From an uncultured Solirubrobacterales bacterium (GTDB taxonomy: Bacteria; Actinomycetota; Thermoleophilia; Solirubrobacterales; Solirubrobacteraceae), in assembly GCA_963718625.1 (NCBI GenBank), contig OY970362.1:975845-1039844 (forward strand): DNA of 64,000 nucleotides. Direction: 5' to 3'. Below, one piece after another: positions 19,158-27,972 of the stretch (position 1 is the first letter of the stretch; the number at the start of each line of letters is the position of its first letter). The notes beneath the pieces are model-generated. The model searched no databases. It was not told the DNA's origin and saw only the letters and a list, made by a program, of their open reading frames with translations. A program made the position numbers and the translations under genes.

Positions 19158-20102
19158 TCAGCTCGCGAGGCCCGCCGCGAACTCGAGCGTATGGCCGGCC
19201 ACGCGCGCGCGCCCCGCCGGGTCCTCCATACGCGTGTCGATCTGCAGGGTCGGTAGGCGGGCGACGTTCTGATCGGCGACGATGCCGTCGAGCAGCTCGC
19301 CGTAGAAGTCGGCCACGCCGTCGGCGTCGACCGGCAGCGCGGCGAACGCCATGAACGACGCGGTCGGGCCCTTGAGCACCTGGCCGCCGACGATCGGGCT
19401 GACCGCCACGACCGGCGCGCTCGCGCCGGCGAGCGCGTCGCGCAGGCCGGGCACAGCGAGGATCGGCGCGATCGAGGCGATTGGGTTCGATGGCCCGATG
19501 ACGATCGTGCTTGCGCCCGCGATCGCCTCGAGGACCGCTGCGCTCGGGCGCGCCTGCTCGGCGCCGCGGAACTCCAGTCCCTCGATGACGCCCGCTGCGC
19601 GCCGGCGGACCATGAACTCCTGAAACGAATCCCAGCCGGCGGTGGTGCGCACCCACGTGCGAACCGGGTCGTCGCTCATCGGCAGCACGCTCACGTCGAG
19701 GCCGATCGACTCGGTCAGGCGCGCGAGCGCCGATGTCGGCGAGTGACCCTCGGCGAGCATCTGCGCACGTCGCATGCACCAGGCGAGGTCGCGGTCGCCC
19801 AGCTGAAACCAGACCTCGACGCCGAGCTCGCCCAGCGCATCCATCACGGTGAACGTGTCCTCGCGAATGCCCCAGCCGCGCTCGTCGATCCGATCCGACA
19901 GCCAGAACGAGACGAGGTCGGGGTCGGGCGACACGTGCGCGCCGTAGATCTCGATGTCGTCGCCGGTGTTGGCGATCACGGCTAGGCGCGCGGGGTCGAC
20001 CACATCGGCCATGCCCCGGGCAAGCTTTGCCCCGCCGGTGCCTCCGGCGAGCACGACCACCGCGCCGTCGTCTGCGCCCACCGCTGGCCCCGTCACCCCC
20101 AC
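19158..20102 (-). CDS. cofD: 2-phospho-L-lactate transferase
   Basis: VVVLAGGTGGAKLARGM...IANTGDDIEIYGAHVSPDPDLV. Confidence 0.9.
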   Translation of the reverse strand: MGVTGPAVGADDGAVVVLAGGTGGAKLARGMADVVDPARLAVIANTGDDIEIYGAHVSPDPDLVSFWLSDRIDERGWGIREDTFTVMDALGELGVEVWFQLGDRDLAWCMRRAQMLAEGHSPTSALARLTESIGLDVSVLPMSDDPVRTWVRTTAGWDSFQEFMVRRRAAGVIEGLEFRGAEQARPSAAVLEAIAGASTIVIGPSNPIASIAPILAVPGLRDALAGASAPVVAVSPIVGGQVLKGPTASFMAFAALPVDADGVADFYGELLDGIVADQNVARLPTLQIDTRMEDPAGRARVAGHTLEFAAGLAS

Positions 20103-20836
20103 AGGGTGGCCGGCAGGTCGGTGAGCCCGATGCCGGCATGGGCCTTGTAGCGGGCGTTCACCGAGATCAGCAGCGCCGTAAGCGACTCGGTGATGCGCGC
20201 CATCTCAAGCGTCCCACAGTCGACACAGCGCAGTCCGTCGATCCGCTGAATCAGCGCGGCAGCCTGACGCTTGCTGTCGCGCGAGTCGCCGCAGATCAGG
20301 ACGTCCTGGCGTAGCGGATGAGCGAGGTCGCGCAGCGATGCGGCGCTGACCGTGTGCAGCGCCGACACCACGGCGACCCCGTCCGGGACCAGCTCGGCAG
20401 CCTGCTGGGCAGCCGAGCCCTGCCACACGCCGAGCATCCGCGTGGCCTTGCCGGCCACAGCGGCCGCGAGCGGGACCGTCGCGTCGATCATTAGCTGCCC
20501 CGCCCTGAGCACGTGCTTGATTTCGGCGAGCGTGTCTGACTGGCTGCGGAACGGCACGCTGAGGATCACCGTCGGCGCCGCCGCGGCGGCGCCGACGTTG
20601 TCGTACGCGGCGAACGCGCCCTGTGCCACCTCCTCGCGCGCGTGCTCGGCCGTTTCGGCGGCGCGCGTCTGCGAGCGCGAGCCGATCGCGATCTCAACCC
20701 CGGCGCGCGCGAGCCGCAATGTCAGGCCGAAGCCGAGCGCGCCCGACGCGCCGATGATCGCGACCGGGCCGGCGGGGAAGGGCGCGAACGGGGCGTCTGA
20801 GGACGCCGTGGCCGGGTCGGCGGGGGAGGGTGCCAC
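20093..20836 (-). CDS. npdG: NADPH-dependent F420 reductase
   Basis: VAIIGASGALGFGLTLRLARAGVEIAIGSRS Rossmann motif. Length and context fit NpdG/Fno. Its end overlaps the cofD start by 10 nt. Confidence 0.8.
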   Translation of the reverse strand: MAPSPADPATASSDAPFAPFPAGPVAIIGASGALGFGLTLRLARAGVEIAIGSRSQTRAAETAEHAREEVAQGAFAAYDNVGAAAAAPTVILSVPFRSQSDTLAEIKHVLRAGQLMIDATVPLAAAVAGKATRMLGVWQGSAAQQAAELVPDGVAVVSALHTVSAASLRDLAHPLRQDVLICGDSRDSKRQAAALIQRIDGLRCVDCGTLEMARITESLTALLISVNARYKAHAGIGLTDLPATLWG

Positions 20837-20888
20837 GGCGGCCGAGTATAGGCTTCACGCCGACCGTGGACGACAGAGGGAGCGACCG

Positions 20889-21638
20889 ATGAGGCTTGAG
20901 GGAAAGACCGCGCTCGTGACCGGTGGAGCGTCTGGGATCGGAGCAGCCACGGCGCGCCGGCTGGCCGCCGAGGGGGCACGTGTGGCGATCGGCGACGTCA
21001 ACGAGCAGGGCGCGCTGGCGCTGGCGGGCGAGCTCGACGGATTCGGCTGCGCGCTCGACGTCGCCGACGCCGCCTCGGTCCGCGCCGGCGTGGCGGCCGC
21101 TGTCGAGGCGCTCGGGGAGATCGATGTGCTCGTCAACAACGCCGGGACGGACCGGTTCGCTTTCTTCGTCAACACCGACGAGGCGCTGTGGGACTTCGTG
21201 CTCGGCGTCAACCTGCGCGGCGTGATCGCGGTCACCCACGCCGTGCTGCCCTCGATGCAGCAGCGGCGCACGGGCTCGATCGTCAACGTCGCCAGCGAGG
21301 CGGGGCGAGTCGGCTCGCAGGGCTCCGCGATCTACTCGGCCGCGAAGGCGGGCGTGATCGGCTTCACCAAGGCGATCGCTCGCGAGTCGGCGCGCTACCG
21401 GGTGCGCAGCAACGCGGTCGCGCCAGGCCCGATCGAGACCCCGCTGCTGAACGCCGCTCCACAGATGCTCGGCGAGATCGGCGAGCGCCTGAAGCAGGGA
21501 ATGATCAACGCCACGGCGCTGGGGCGCGCGGGCGAGCCTGACGAGGTGGCCGCGGCGATCACGTTCCTCGCCAGCGACGACGCCTCCTACGTCACCGGCC
21601 AGACGCTCAACGTGAGCGGCGGCCTGTCGATGTGGTGA
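20889..21638 (+). CDS. SDR-family oxidoreductase (FabG-like)
   Basis: KTALVTGGASGIGAATA, NNAG and YSAAKAG motifs. ATG at 20889 within ORF 20352-21638. Confidence 0.85.
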   Translation: MRLEGKTALVTGGASGIGAATARRLAAEGARVAIGDVNEQGALALAGELDGFGCALDVADAASVRAGVAAAVEALGEIDVLVNNAGTDRFAFFVNTDEALWDFVLGVNLRGVIAVTHAVLPSMQQRRTGSIVNVASEAGRVGSQGSAIYSAAKAGVIGFTKAIARESARYRVRSNAVAPGPIETPLLNAAPQMLGEIGERLKQGMINATALGRAGEPDEVAAAITFLASDDASYVTGQTLNVSGGLSMW

Positions 21639-22591
21639 GCCTGCCGCGGGCCGTCAGCATCAGGGAGGTCGGACCGCGCGACGGCTTTCAGAACGAGCCC
21701 GAGGTCATCCCCACCGAGCAGAAGGTCGAGCTGATCGACGCGCTCGCGCGCACCGGTCTGCGTCGCCTGGAGGTCACGAGCTTCGTGCGGGCCGACGTGA
21801 TCCCCCAGCTGGCCGATGCGCCTGAGGTGCTCGCGCGCATCGACGTCCCGCAGCAGGTCAGCGTCTCGGTGCTCGTGCCCAACGAGCGCGGTCTCGACGG
21901 CGCGCTCGCGCTGCGCGAGTCCCATCGGGGCGATCGCCCGGCATTCGACGAGGTCAGCGTGTTCCTGTCTGCCTCTGAGACCCACAACCAGCGAAACGTC
22001 AACCGCTCGATCGCCGAGTCGCTGGTCGGGCTTCAGGCCGTGCTGTCGCGCGCACGCGCGGCCGGGCTTCGCTGCGAGGGTGTCATCTCGACGTCGTTTG
22101 GCTGCCCCTACGAGGGCCGCGTCGCCCCCGAGCGCGTGCTGGAGATCGCGGCGCGGCTGTGCGCCGCGGGCGCGCAGGAGATCGCCTTTGGAGACACCAC
22201 CGGGATGGCCAACCCGACCCAGGTCCGGGAGCTCTTCCAGGCCGCGCAGGCCGAGCTGCCGGGCGCCGGTCTGAGCGAGGCCGACGGGGTGCAATTGACG
22301 GCTCATTTTCACAACACGCGCGGGCAGGGCCTGGCCAACGTGCTCGCCGCCCTCACCGTCGGCGTGACCAGCTTCGAGTCGAGCTTCGGCGAGCTCGGAG
22401 GATGCCCGGTCCCGCCCGGGGCCACGGGCAACATCGCGACCGAGGATCTCGTCTCGATGCTGCATGAGATGGGGATCTCGACGGGCATCGCGCTGGACGA
22501 CCTTCTCGCCTGCGCGCAGCGCGTGCAGGCGATTCTCGGTCGCCCGCTCGGCAGCCACACGCTCGTGGCGGGTCCGATCGACTGGCGCTGA
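21632..22591 (+). CDS. hydroxymethylglutaryl-CoA lyase
   Basis: IREVGPRDGFQNEPEVIPTEQKVELIDAL; DTTGMANP; HFHNTRGQGLANV. Confidence 0.9.
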   Translation: MVSLPRAVSIREVGPRDGFQNEPEVIPTEQKVELIDALARTGLRRLEVTSFVRADVIPQLADAPEVLARIDVPQQVSVSVLVPNERGLDGALALRESHRGDRPAFDEVSVFLSASETHNQRNVNRSIAESLVGLQAVLSRARAAGLRCEGVISTSFGCPYEGRVAPERVLEIAARLCAAGAQEIAFGDTTGMANPTQVRELFQAAQAELPGAGLSEADGVQLTAHFHNTRGQGLANVLAALTVGVTSFESSFGELGGCPVPPGATGNIATEDLVSMLHEMGISTGIALDDLLACAQRVQAILGRPLGSHTLVAGPIDWR

Positions 22592-22623
22592 GCCGGGGAG
22601 GCGGCTCGGGCGCCGCGAGTACA

Positions 22624-22656
22624 GCGGGCGGGGCCGGCTGCGCCAACCGACCCCGC
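22624..22656. repeat. 33-nt direct repeat, copy 1 (GCGGGCGGGGCCGGCTGCGCCAACCGACCCCGC)
   Basis: 32 of 33 nt identical to 22791-22823. Lies in the convergent intergenic region after the HMG-CoA lyase gene. Confidence 0.9.
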
Positions 22657-22790
22657 TCGCGTGGCTTTGGGCACAATGCGGCAGGCCCAAAGGTGGAGGC
22701 TCCCTCCCGCAGAGGGCCCTTCGCTGGTGGCAGACTCCGTGCGGCGGCAAACCTTCCCGCCGCACGACCGTTCTGTTGCCCGCGAATGCG

Positions 22791-22823
22791 GCGGGCGGGG
22801 CCGGCTGCGCCGACCGACCCCGC
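22791..22823. repeat. 33-nt direct repeat, copy 2 (GCGGGCGGGGCCGGCTGCGCCGACCGACCCCGC)
   Basis: Matches 22624-22656 with one A/G difference. Confidence 0.9.
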
Positions 22824-22839
22824 CGCCTCGTCCTGCGCG

Positions 22840-24006
22840 TTAGTGGAGCAGGTTCAGCGCGTTTTCGGTGTCGTTTACGAAGTAGACGCCCTGAAGGTCT
22901 GGCGTGAGCGTCAGCCCGAACAGGCCACCCGCCCCGGCGCCGGTGTTGACCGCGGCAAGCTCAGCGCCCGATGGTGCGGTTTCCACGATGTTGCCATCGC
23001 CGGCGTTGGCGGTGAGGATGTTGCCGGTGGGCGTCAGGGTGAGCCCGAGCGGGTTGTTCAGTTTGCCGCCCGAGGCGACCGTGATCCCGCCGCCTTCAAA
23101 CGGCGTCTGGCGAAACAGCGGGTTGGGTACCGCCGCGATGCGATTGCCCTGCGTGTCGGCGACGTACAGGACGGAGCCGAGCGCGCCTGGGAGGACACCG
23201 ACCCCGGTTGGCCCGACGACGAGCGCAGACGGGTCTGTCCGCTCGGGAAATCCCGTCGCGATCACCTGCTCGGAGGCGAGCGCCGGTATCCCGCCCCCGG
23301 TCCAGAACACGAGACGCACGACGGTGCCGCCGTCGGTGGGTTTTTCGCCCGATTCCACCGTCCCGTTCAGCACATTCGTGACGAACAATATGCTCAGAGG
23401 ACCGAACGACACCGAGGTCATGTCCCAGGGGCCGTTGATCGGCCGGCCGGAGATCGTCCTGACCACCTGGCCGTTGGGATTGAGCACGATCAGACAGCCC
23501 GATTGCGCCGTCGCGGCCTGTCCGTTTTCGGTCGGCAGGCTGCCGACCACGACGAAGCCATCCGGCAGGATCGTCAGCGCGGTGGTCAGGCCGACTCCGC
23601 CCGGGCACGGCCCCGGCAGCGTGGCCGGGTTGATCTGCGCAAACAGCGAGAGTTTGCCCTGAGGCGAGACCTGCACGAGCGTCGTGCCGGTTCCCTGCAG
23701 GTTTCCGGAGTCGTTGAAGTTGCTGATCAGGACGTCGCCGCGCACCAGCGAGCCGATGCTCTGCGGCACGTGGGCGATCCCGTACGGGTTGACGTCGCCG
23801 TTGGTCGGGACCGTCGAACCGACGGTGGTGACAGATATATGCGCTGCGAGACTGAACGCGAGTGCGCTCGCGGGGACGAGCATCAGGCCGCAGAGCAGCG
23901 CGATGATCCCCACCAGGCCGCGGCGTGCGACCGACGATGCGCTCGATGGACGTGGCCGCTTCGCGGCCGACCGGCCGCTCGCACGGCTCCAGGCGTGCAT
24001 AGACAT
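22840..24006 (-). CDS. secreted beta-propeller protein (NHL/SGL-like repeats), paralog 1
   Basis: AGGAGG RBS. Signal peptide ...LMLVPASALA/FS. Repeats such as NNPLGLTLTPTGNILTANAGDGNIVE. By eye about two-thirds identical to the 25094-26191 product. Confidence 0.85.
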   Translation of the reverse strand: MSMHAWSRASGRSAAKRPRPSSASSVARRGLVGIIALLCGLMLVPASALAFSLAAHISVTTVGSTVPTNGDVNPYGIAHVPQSIGSLVRGDVLISNFNDSGNLQGTGTTLVQVSPQGKLSLFAQINPATLPGPCPGGVGLTTALTILPDGFVVVGSLPTENGQAATAQSGCLIVLNPNGQVVRTISGRPINGPWDMTSVSFGPLSILFVTNVLNGTVESGEKPTDGGTVVRLVFWTGGGIPALASEQVIATGFPERTDPSALVVGPTGVGVLPGALGSVLYVADTQGNRIAAVPNPLFRQTPFEGGGITVASGGKLNNPLGLTLTPTGNILTANAGDGNIVETAPSGAELAAVNTGAGAGGLFGLTLTPDLQGVYFVNDTENALNLLH

Positions 24007-24029
24007 GGCTCCTCCTAGGTTCGGGGAAA

Positions 24030-24048
24030 TTTGCCTGCTAGACGCCGC
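24030..24048 (-). promoter_or_regulatory. conserved upstream motif, 23-nt gap before the start codon of propeller paralog 1 (coding strand GCGGCGTCTAGCAGGCAAA)
   Basis: Near-identical motif at the same spacing upstream of paralog 2 (26215-26234). The surrounding upstream sequence is not conserved. Confidence 0.45.
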
Positions 24049-24152
24049 TCGCGGCCGAACCTTCCCGCGGTAACAGTTCTCCTACAAGTGGCGCGCGGTG
24101 CTAAGGGGGAGCGCTGGGGCTCGCCCGAGGATCGGACCAGGGCGGCCTCGCG

Positions 24153-24932
24153 CTAATGACCGGCGAAGCTCGGCTCGCGCTTCTCGGCCACCGCGCGGGT
24201 CCCCTCGGCGAAGTCGCCGCTGAGCGCGCACAGCTGCTGGACGGTGACCTCCTGCTCGAGGCTGGCCGCCAGCGCGGGCTTTGCGGCCGTGTCGAGCACG
24301 CGCTTGGCCAGACCGACCGCGACGGGCGCGCAGGCGAGCAGCTCCTCAACGAGCGTGTCGGTGGCCGCGTCGAGCTGCTCCTCGGGCGCGACGCGGTTGA
24401 CCAACCCGATCCGCTCCGCCTCGTGTCCGTCGATCAGCTTGGAAGTCATGATCATCTCCTTCGCGCGGCCGAGCCCGACGACGCTCGGCAGGCGCGAGCA
24501 GCCGCCGACGTCGGGGATCAGCCCGACCCGCGTCTCGACGAGCCCGATCGCCGCGTTTGACGCCATCGTGCGCAGGTCACAGGCGAGCGCGAGCTCCATC
24601 GCGCCGCCGATGCATCCGCCGTGAATCTGGGCGATCGTCGGCTTGGTCATCTCCTCGCAGAGGTTCCAGGTGGACAGGATCGCGCCGCGCGTCTCGCGCA
24701 GCCGCTGGGGGTGGTCGGCGAGCGAGCCCAGCGAGCCGATGTCCATCCCCGCAGAGAACATCGCTCCGGCGCCGCGCACGACGACGCACTTGACCGACGA
24801 ATCGTCCGCCGCGGCGCGCAACGCCGCGGCGAGCCCGGCGATCAGCTCGTCGTTCATCGCATTGCGCTTCTCCGGCCGGTTCATCACGAGATGGCGGACC
24901 GGGCCGCGGTCCTCGGTGATCACGATGCTCAT
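24153..24932 (-). CDS. enoyl-CoA hydratase/isomerase (crotonase) family
   Basis: RPEKRNAM...VVVRGAGAMFSAGMDI...IAQIHGGCIGGAMELALACD crotonase motifs. Confidence 0.9.
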   Translation of the reverse strand: MSIVITEDRGPVRHLVMNRPEKRNAMNDELIAGLAAALRAAADDSSVKCVVVRGAGAMFSAGMDIGSLGSLADHPQRLRETRGAILSTWNLCEEMTKPTIAQIHGGCIGGAMELALACDLRTMASNAAIGLVETRVGLIPDVGGCSRLPSVVGLGRAKEMIMTSKLIDGHEAERIGLVNRVAPEEQLDAATDTLVEELLACAPVAVGLAKRVLDTAAKPALAASLEQEVTVQQLCALSGDFAEGTRAVAEKREPSFAGH

Positions 24933-25093
24933 GGCAGCTCCTGGCGAGGGTCGATGACGATCGCCCGGTCAGGCGATCGCTTGGCGTTCAGGCTACCCCG
25001 CTGCGTCGGCGGCGGACCGCCGCTCCCGGCAGGCGGCAGGGAGGGGCGGGGGCGGGGCCGAGCTGCTCGGCCCCGCCGTGGCGCCCCTGTGCG

Positions 25094-26191
25094 TCAGTGC
25101 AGCAGCTGCAGCGAGTTTGCGGCGTCGTTTACGAAGTACACGCCCGCGGGGTGCCCGACCGCCACGGTCAGGCCGAACAGCCCGCCGGCGCCGGCGCCGG
25201 TTTCGGCCGGCTGGAACTCCGCGCCGAAGGGCGTCGTCTCGACGATGTTCCCGTCGCCCGCGTTGGCGGTCAGGATGTCGTCGTTGGGCGCGATCGTCAG
25301 GCCCAGCGGGCCGTTGAGAAAGCCGCCTTTGGCGACCGTGATCCCGGGGCTGGCGATCGGCGTCGTACGGAACAGCGCGTTGGGGACGGCCTCGATCCTG
25401 TTGCCCGCGGTATCGGCGACATAGAGCGTGCCTTCTTCACCTAGCCCGACCCCCGTCGGGCCGACGACGAGCGCTTCGGGATCGGTGCGCTCGGGCAAGC
25501 CGGTCGCGATTTCCTTCTCTGCGAGCACCTTCGGCGGGTGGTGCGCCGAGGTGCTGAGGCGGATACGCACTACGGTCCCTTCGTTGACGACCTTGCCAGC
25601 CGCCGCGACCGTGCCGTTGAGCACGTTCGTGACGAACAGCGTCGCGTCGTCGCCATAGCTGACCGACGTCAGATCCCACGGGCCGTTGATCGGCGGCCCG
25701 GAGATCGTCTCGACGACTTCGCCTTTGCTGTTGAGCACGATCAGGCAGCCTTCCTTGGCGGTTTCCGCTTTGCCGTTTTCGGTCGGCAGGCTGCCGACCA
25801 CGACGTAGCCGTGCGGCAGGACCGCGAGCGCCGTCGTCAGGCCGACTCCGCCCGGGCATTTTCCCGACAGCGTTTTCGGGTTGATCTGGGCGAACAGCGA
25901 GAGCCCTCCGCCGGGTGCGATCTGCACGAGCGTGGTGCCGGTGCCCTGCAGGTTTTCTTCGTTGTTGAAGTTGCTGATCAGCAGGTCTCCGCGCACGAGC
26001 GATCCGGTGCTCGCCGGCACGGTCACGATCCCATACGGGTTCTTGTACCCGTTGGATGGAACCGTGCCCGAGATCGTGCTGAGCGTGTTGAATCTCCCCA
26101 GGAACGGGTGATCGAACGCCAGGGCGCTCGCGGGTAGGCAAGCCAGGCAGCCGAGCAGCGCAGTGAGCCCTCCAAGCAGTCTTCTCGACAT
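25094..26191 (-). CDS. secreted beta-propeller protein (NHL/SGL-like repeats), paralog 2
   Basis: Internal ATG at 26191 (MSRRLLGGLTALLGCLACLPASALA/FD) with a GGAGGG RBS. The upstream part of ORF 25094-26380 is Arg-rich junk. Confidence 0.85.
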   Translation of the reverse strand: MSRRLLGGLTALLGCLACLPASALAFDHPFLGRFNTLSTISGTVPSNGYKNPYGIVTVPASTGSLVRGDLLISNFNNEENLQGTGTTLVQIAPGGGLSLFAQINPKTLSGKCPGGVGLTTALAVLPHGYVVVGSLPTENGKAETAKEGCLIVLNSKGEVVETISGPPINGPWDLTSVSYGDDATLFVTNVLNGTVAAAGKVVNEGTVVRIRLSTSAHHPPKVLAEKEIATGLPERTDPEALVVGPTGVGLGEEGTLYVADTAGNRIEAVPNALFRTTPIASPGITVAKGGFLNGPLGLTIAPNDDILTANAGDGNIVETTPFGAEFQPAETGAGAGGLFGLTVAVGHPAGVYFVNDAANSLQLLH

Positions 26192-26214
26192 AGCTATCCC
26201 TCCATGTAGATGGC

Positions 26215-26234
26215 TTTGCCTGGCTAGACTCCGC
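26215..26234 (-). promoter_or_regulatory. conserved upstream motif, 23-nt gap before the start codon of propeller paralog 2 (coding strand GCGGAGTCTAGCCAGGCAAA)
   Basis: Same motif and same spacing as 24030-24048. Confidence 0.45.
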
Positions 26235-26323
26235 AAGCCGCGAAAAGCTTGCGTGCGCCGGCGCGGCCTGCGGCTCGCAGGCCGACCCGGCTGCGGGCGC
26301 CTTGCAGGAACTAGATTGCAGGG

Positions 26324-27880
26324 ATGAGCGACCTGGGCGAGGCGGCCGGGCGCGCGCTGCAGGGCGGTCCCGAGCACCACCGCGAGAAGGCGCGCGAGCA
26401 GGGCAAGCTGGCGGTGCGCGAGCGCGTGTCGCTGCTGCTCGACACGGGCTCGTTCGCCGAGGAGGCGCTGCTGGCCAACTGGTCGCAGGACGGTCTCGGC
26501 GCCGACGGCGTTGTGACCGGGGTCGGCGCGATCGACGGGCGTCCGGTCGCGCTGATGGCCAACGATCCCACGGTGAAGGCGGGCTCGTGGGGCGCGAAGA
26601 CCGTCGAGAAGATCCTACGCGTCCAGGAGCGCGCGCTGACGCTCGCCGTGCCGATCGTCTACCTCGTCGATTCTGCGGGCGCGCGGATCACCGAACAGGT
26701 CCAGATGTTCCCCGGCAGGCGCGGTGCGGGGCGCATCTTCTACAACCAGGTCAGGCTGTCGGGCGTGGTGCCGCAGGTGTGCGTGCTCTTCGGCCCGAGC
26801 GCCGCCGGCGGCGCCTACATCCCGGCCTTCTGCGACGTGGTCGTCATGCGCGAGGGCAATGCCTCGATGTACCTCGGCTCGCCGCGCATGGCCGAGATGG
26901 TGATCGGCGAGAAGGTGAGCCTGGAGGAGATGGGCGGCGCGCGCATGCATACCGGCGTGTCGGGCTGCGGGCACCAGCTCGTCGCAAGCGACGAGGAGGG
27001 CATCGCCGTCGCGCGGCGCTATCTGTCCTACCTGCCCAGCAGCTGGCGCTCGGAGCCGCCGCGGACAGAGGCCCGGGCGCCGGACGATCCACAGCCGTCG
27101 CGGCCTTCCGACGGCGCGGCGCCGGCGACGCCGATCGCCGACCTGATCCCGTCAGATGAGAACAGGCCGTTTGACATGGGCGCGCTGATCGACATGCTCG
27201 TCGACGGCGGCTCGTTCATGGAGATCCACCCTCGCTGGGCAAGGGAGGTGATCGTCGGGTTTGCGCGACTGGACGGTCGCGCGCTTGGGATCGTCGCCAG
27301 CCAGCCCAAGCACAAGGGAGGGGTGCTGTTCAGCGACTCCGCCGACAAGGCGGCGCGCTTCATCCAAACGTGCAACGCGTTCAACGTCCCGCTGCTCTTC
27401 CTGGCCGACGTTCCAGGGTTCATGATCGGCACCCAGGTCGAGCGCCAGGGAATCATCCGCCACGGCGCGAAGATGATCGGCGCGGTCAGCGAAGCGACCG
27501 TCGCGAAGATCTCGGTGATCGTGCGCAAGGCCTACGGCGCCGGCCTGTATGCGATGGCCGGTCCGGCGTTCGAGCCCGATTGCTGCATCGCGCTGCCAGG
27601 CGCGCAGGTCGCCGTGATGGGACCCCAGGCGGCGATCAACGCCGTCTTCCACAACCAGCTGAGCGCGATCTCCGACGACGCGCAGCGCGCGCGACGCACC
27701 GAGGAGCTGCGCGAGGAGTACGCACGGGACATCGACATCCTGCACCTCGCCTCAGAGATGGTCGTCGATGCCGTCGTGCAACCCGACGACCTGCGCGCAG
27801 AGCTAGTGCGGCGCTTCGCGCAGGCGACGCTGCGACAGCGCAGCTGGCCCGCCAAGCGAAATCCGGTCACGCCCGTCTAA
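26324..27880 (+). CDS. acyl-CoA carboxylase carboxyltransferase (beta) subunit, methylcrotonyl-/propionyl-CoA carboxylase type
   Basis: 518 aa. KLAVRERVSLLLD...VVTGVGAIDGRPVALMANDPTVKAGSWG...DVPGFMIG. Context includes HMG-CoA lyase and a crotonase. Confidence 0.9.
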   Translation: MSDLGEAAGRALQGGPEHHREKAREQGKLAVRERVSLLLDTGSFAEEALLANWSQDGLGADGVVTGVGAIDGRPVALMANDPTVKAGSWGAKTVEKILRVQERALTLAVPIVYLVDSAGARITEQVQMFPGRRGAGRIFYNQVRLSGVVPQVCVLFGPSAAGGAYIPAFCDVVVMREGNASMYLGSPRMAEMVIGEKVSLEEMGGARMHTGVSGCGHQLVASDEEGIAVARRYLSYLPSSWRSEPPRTEARAPDDPQPSRPSDGAAPATPIADLIPSDENRPFDMGALIDMLVDGGSFMEIHPRWAREVIVGFARLDGRALGIVASQPKHKGGVLFSDSADKAARFIQTCNAFNVPLLFLADVPGFMIGTQVERQGIIRHGAKMIGAVSEATVAKISVIVRKAYGAGLYAMAGPAFEPDCCIALPGAQVAVMGPQAAINAVFHNQLSAISDDAQRARRTEELREEYARDIDILHLASEMVVDAVVQPDDLRAELVRRFAQATLRQRSWPAKRNPVTPV

Positions 27881-27972
27881 CGCCGCGCTGCCCCGGCGAG
27901 GCGGCCGTGCCCCTGCGGCGGGCGCGCGATCGCCGCGCGGCGCGCTGTCGCTGAGCCCTCTGCCAACGAGGC

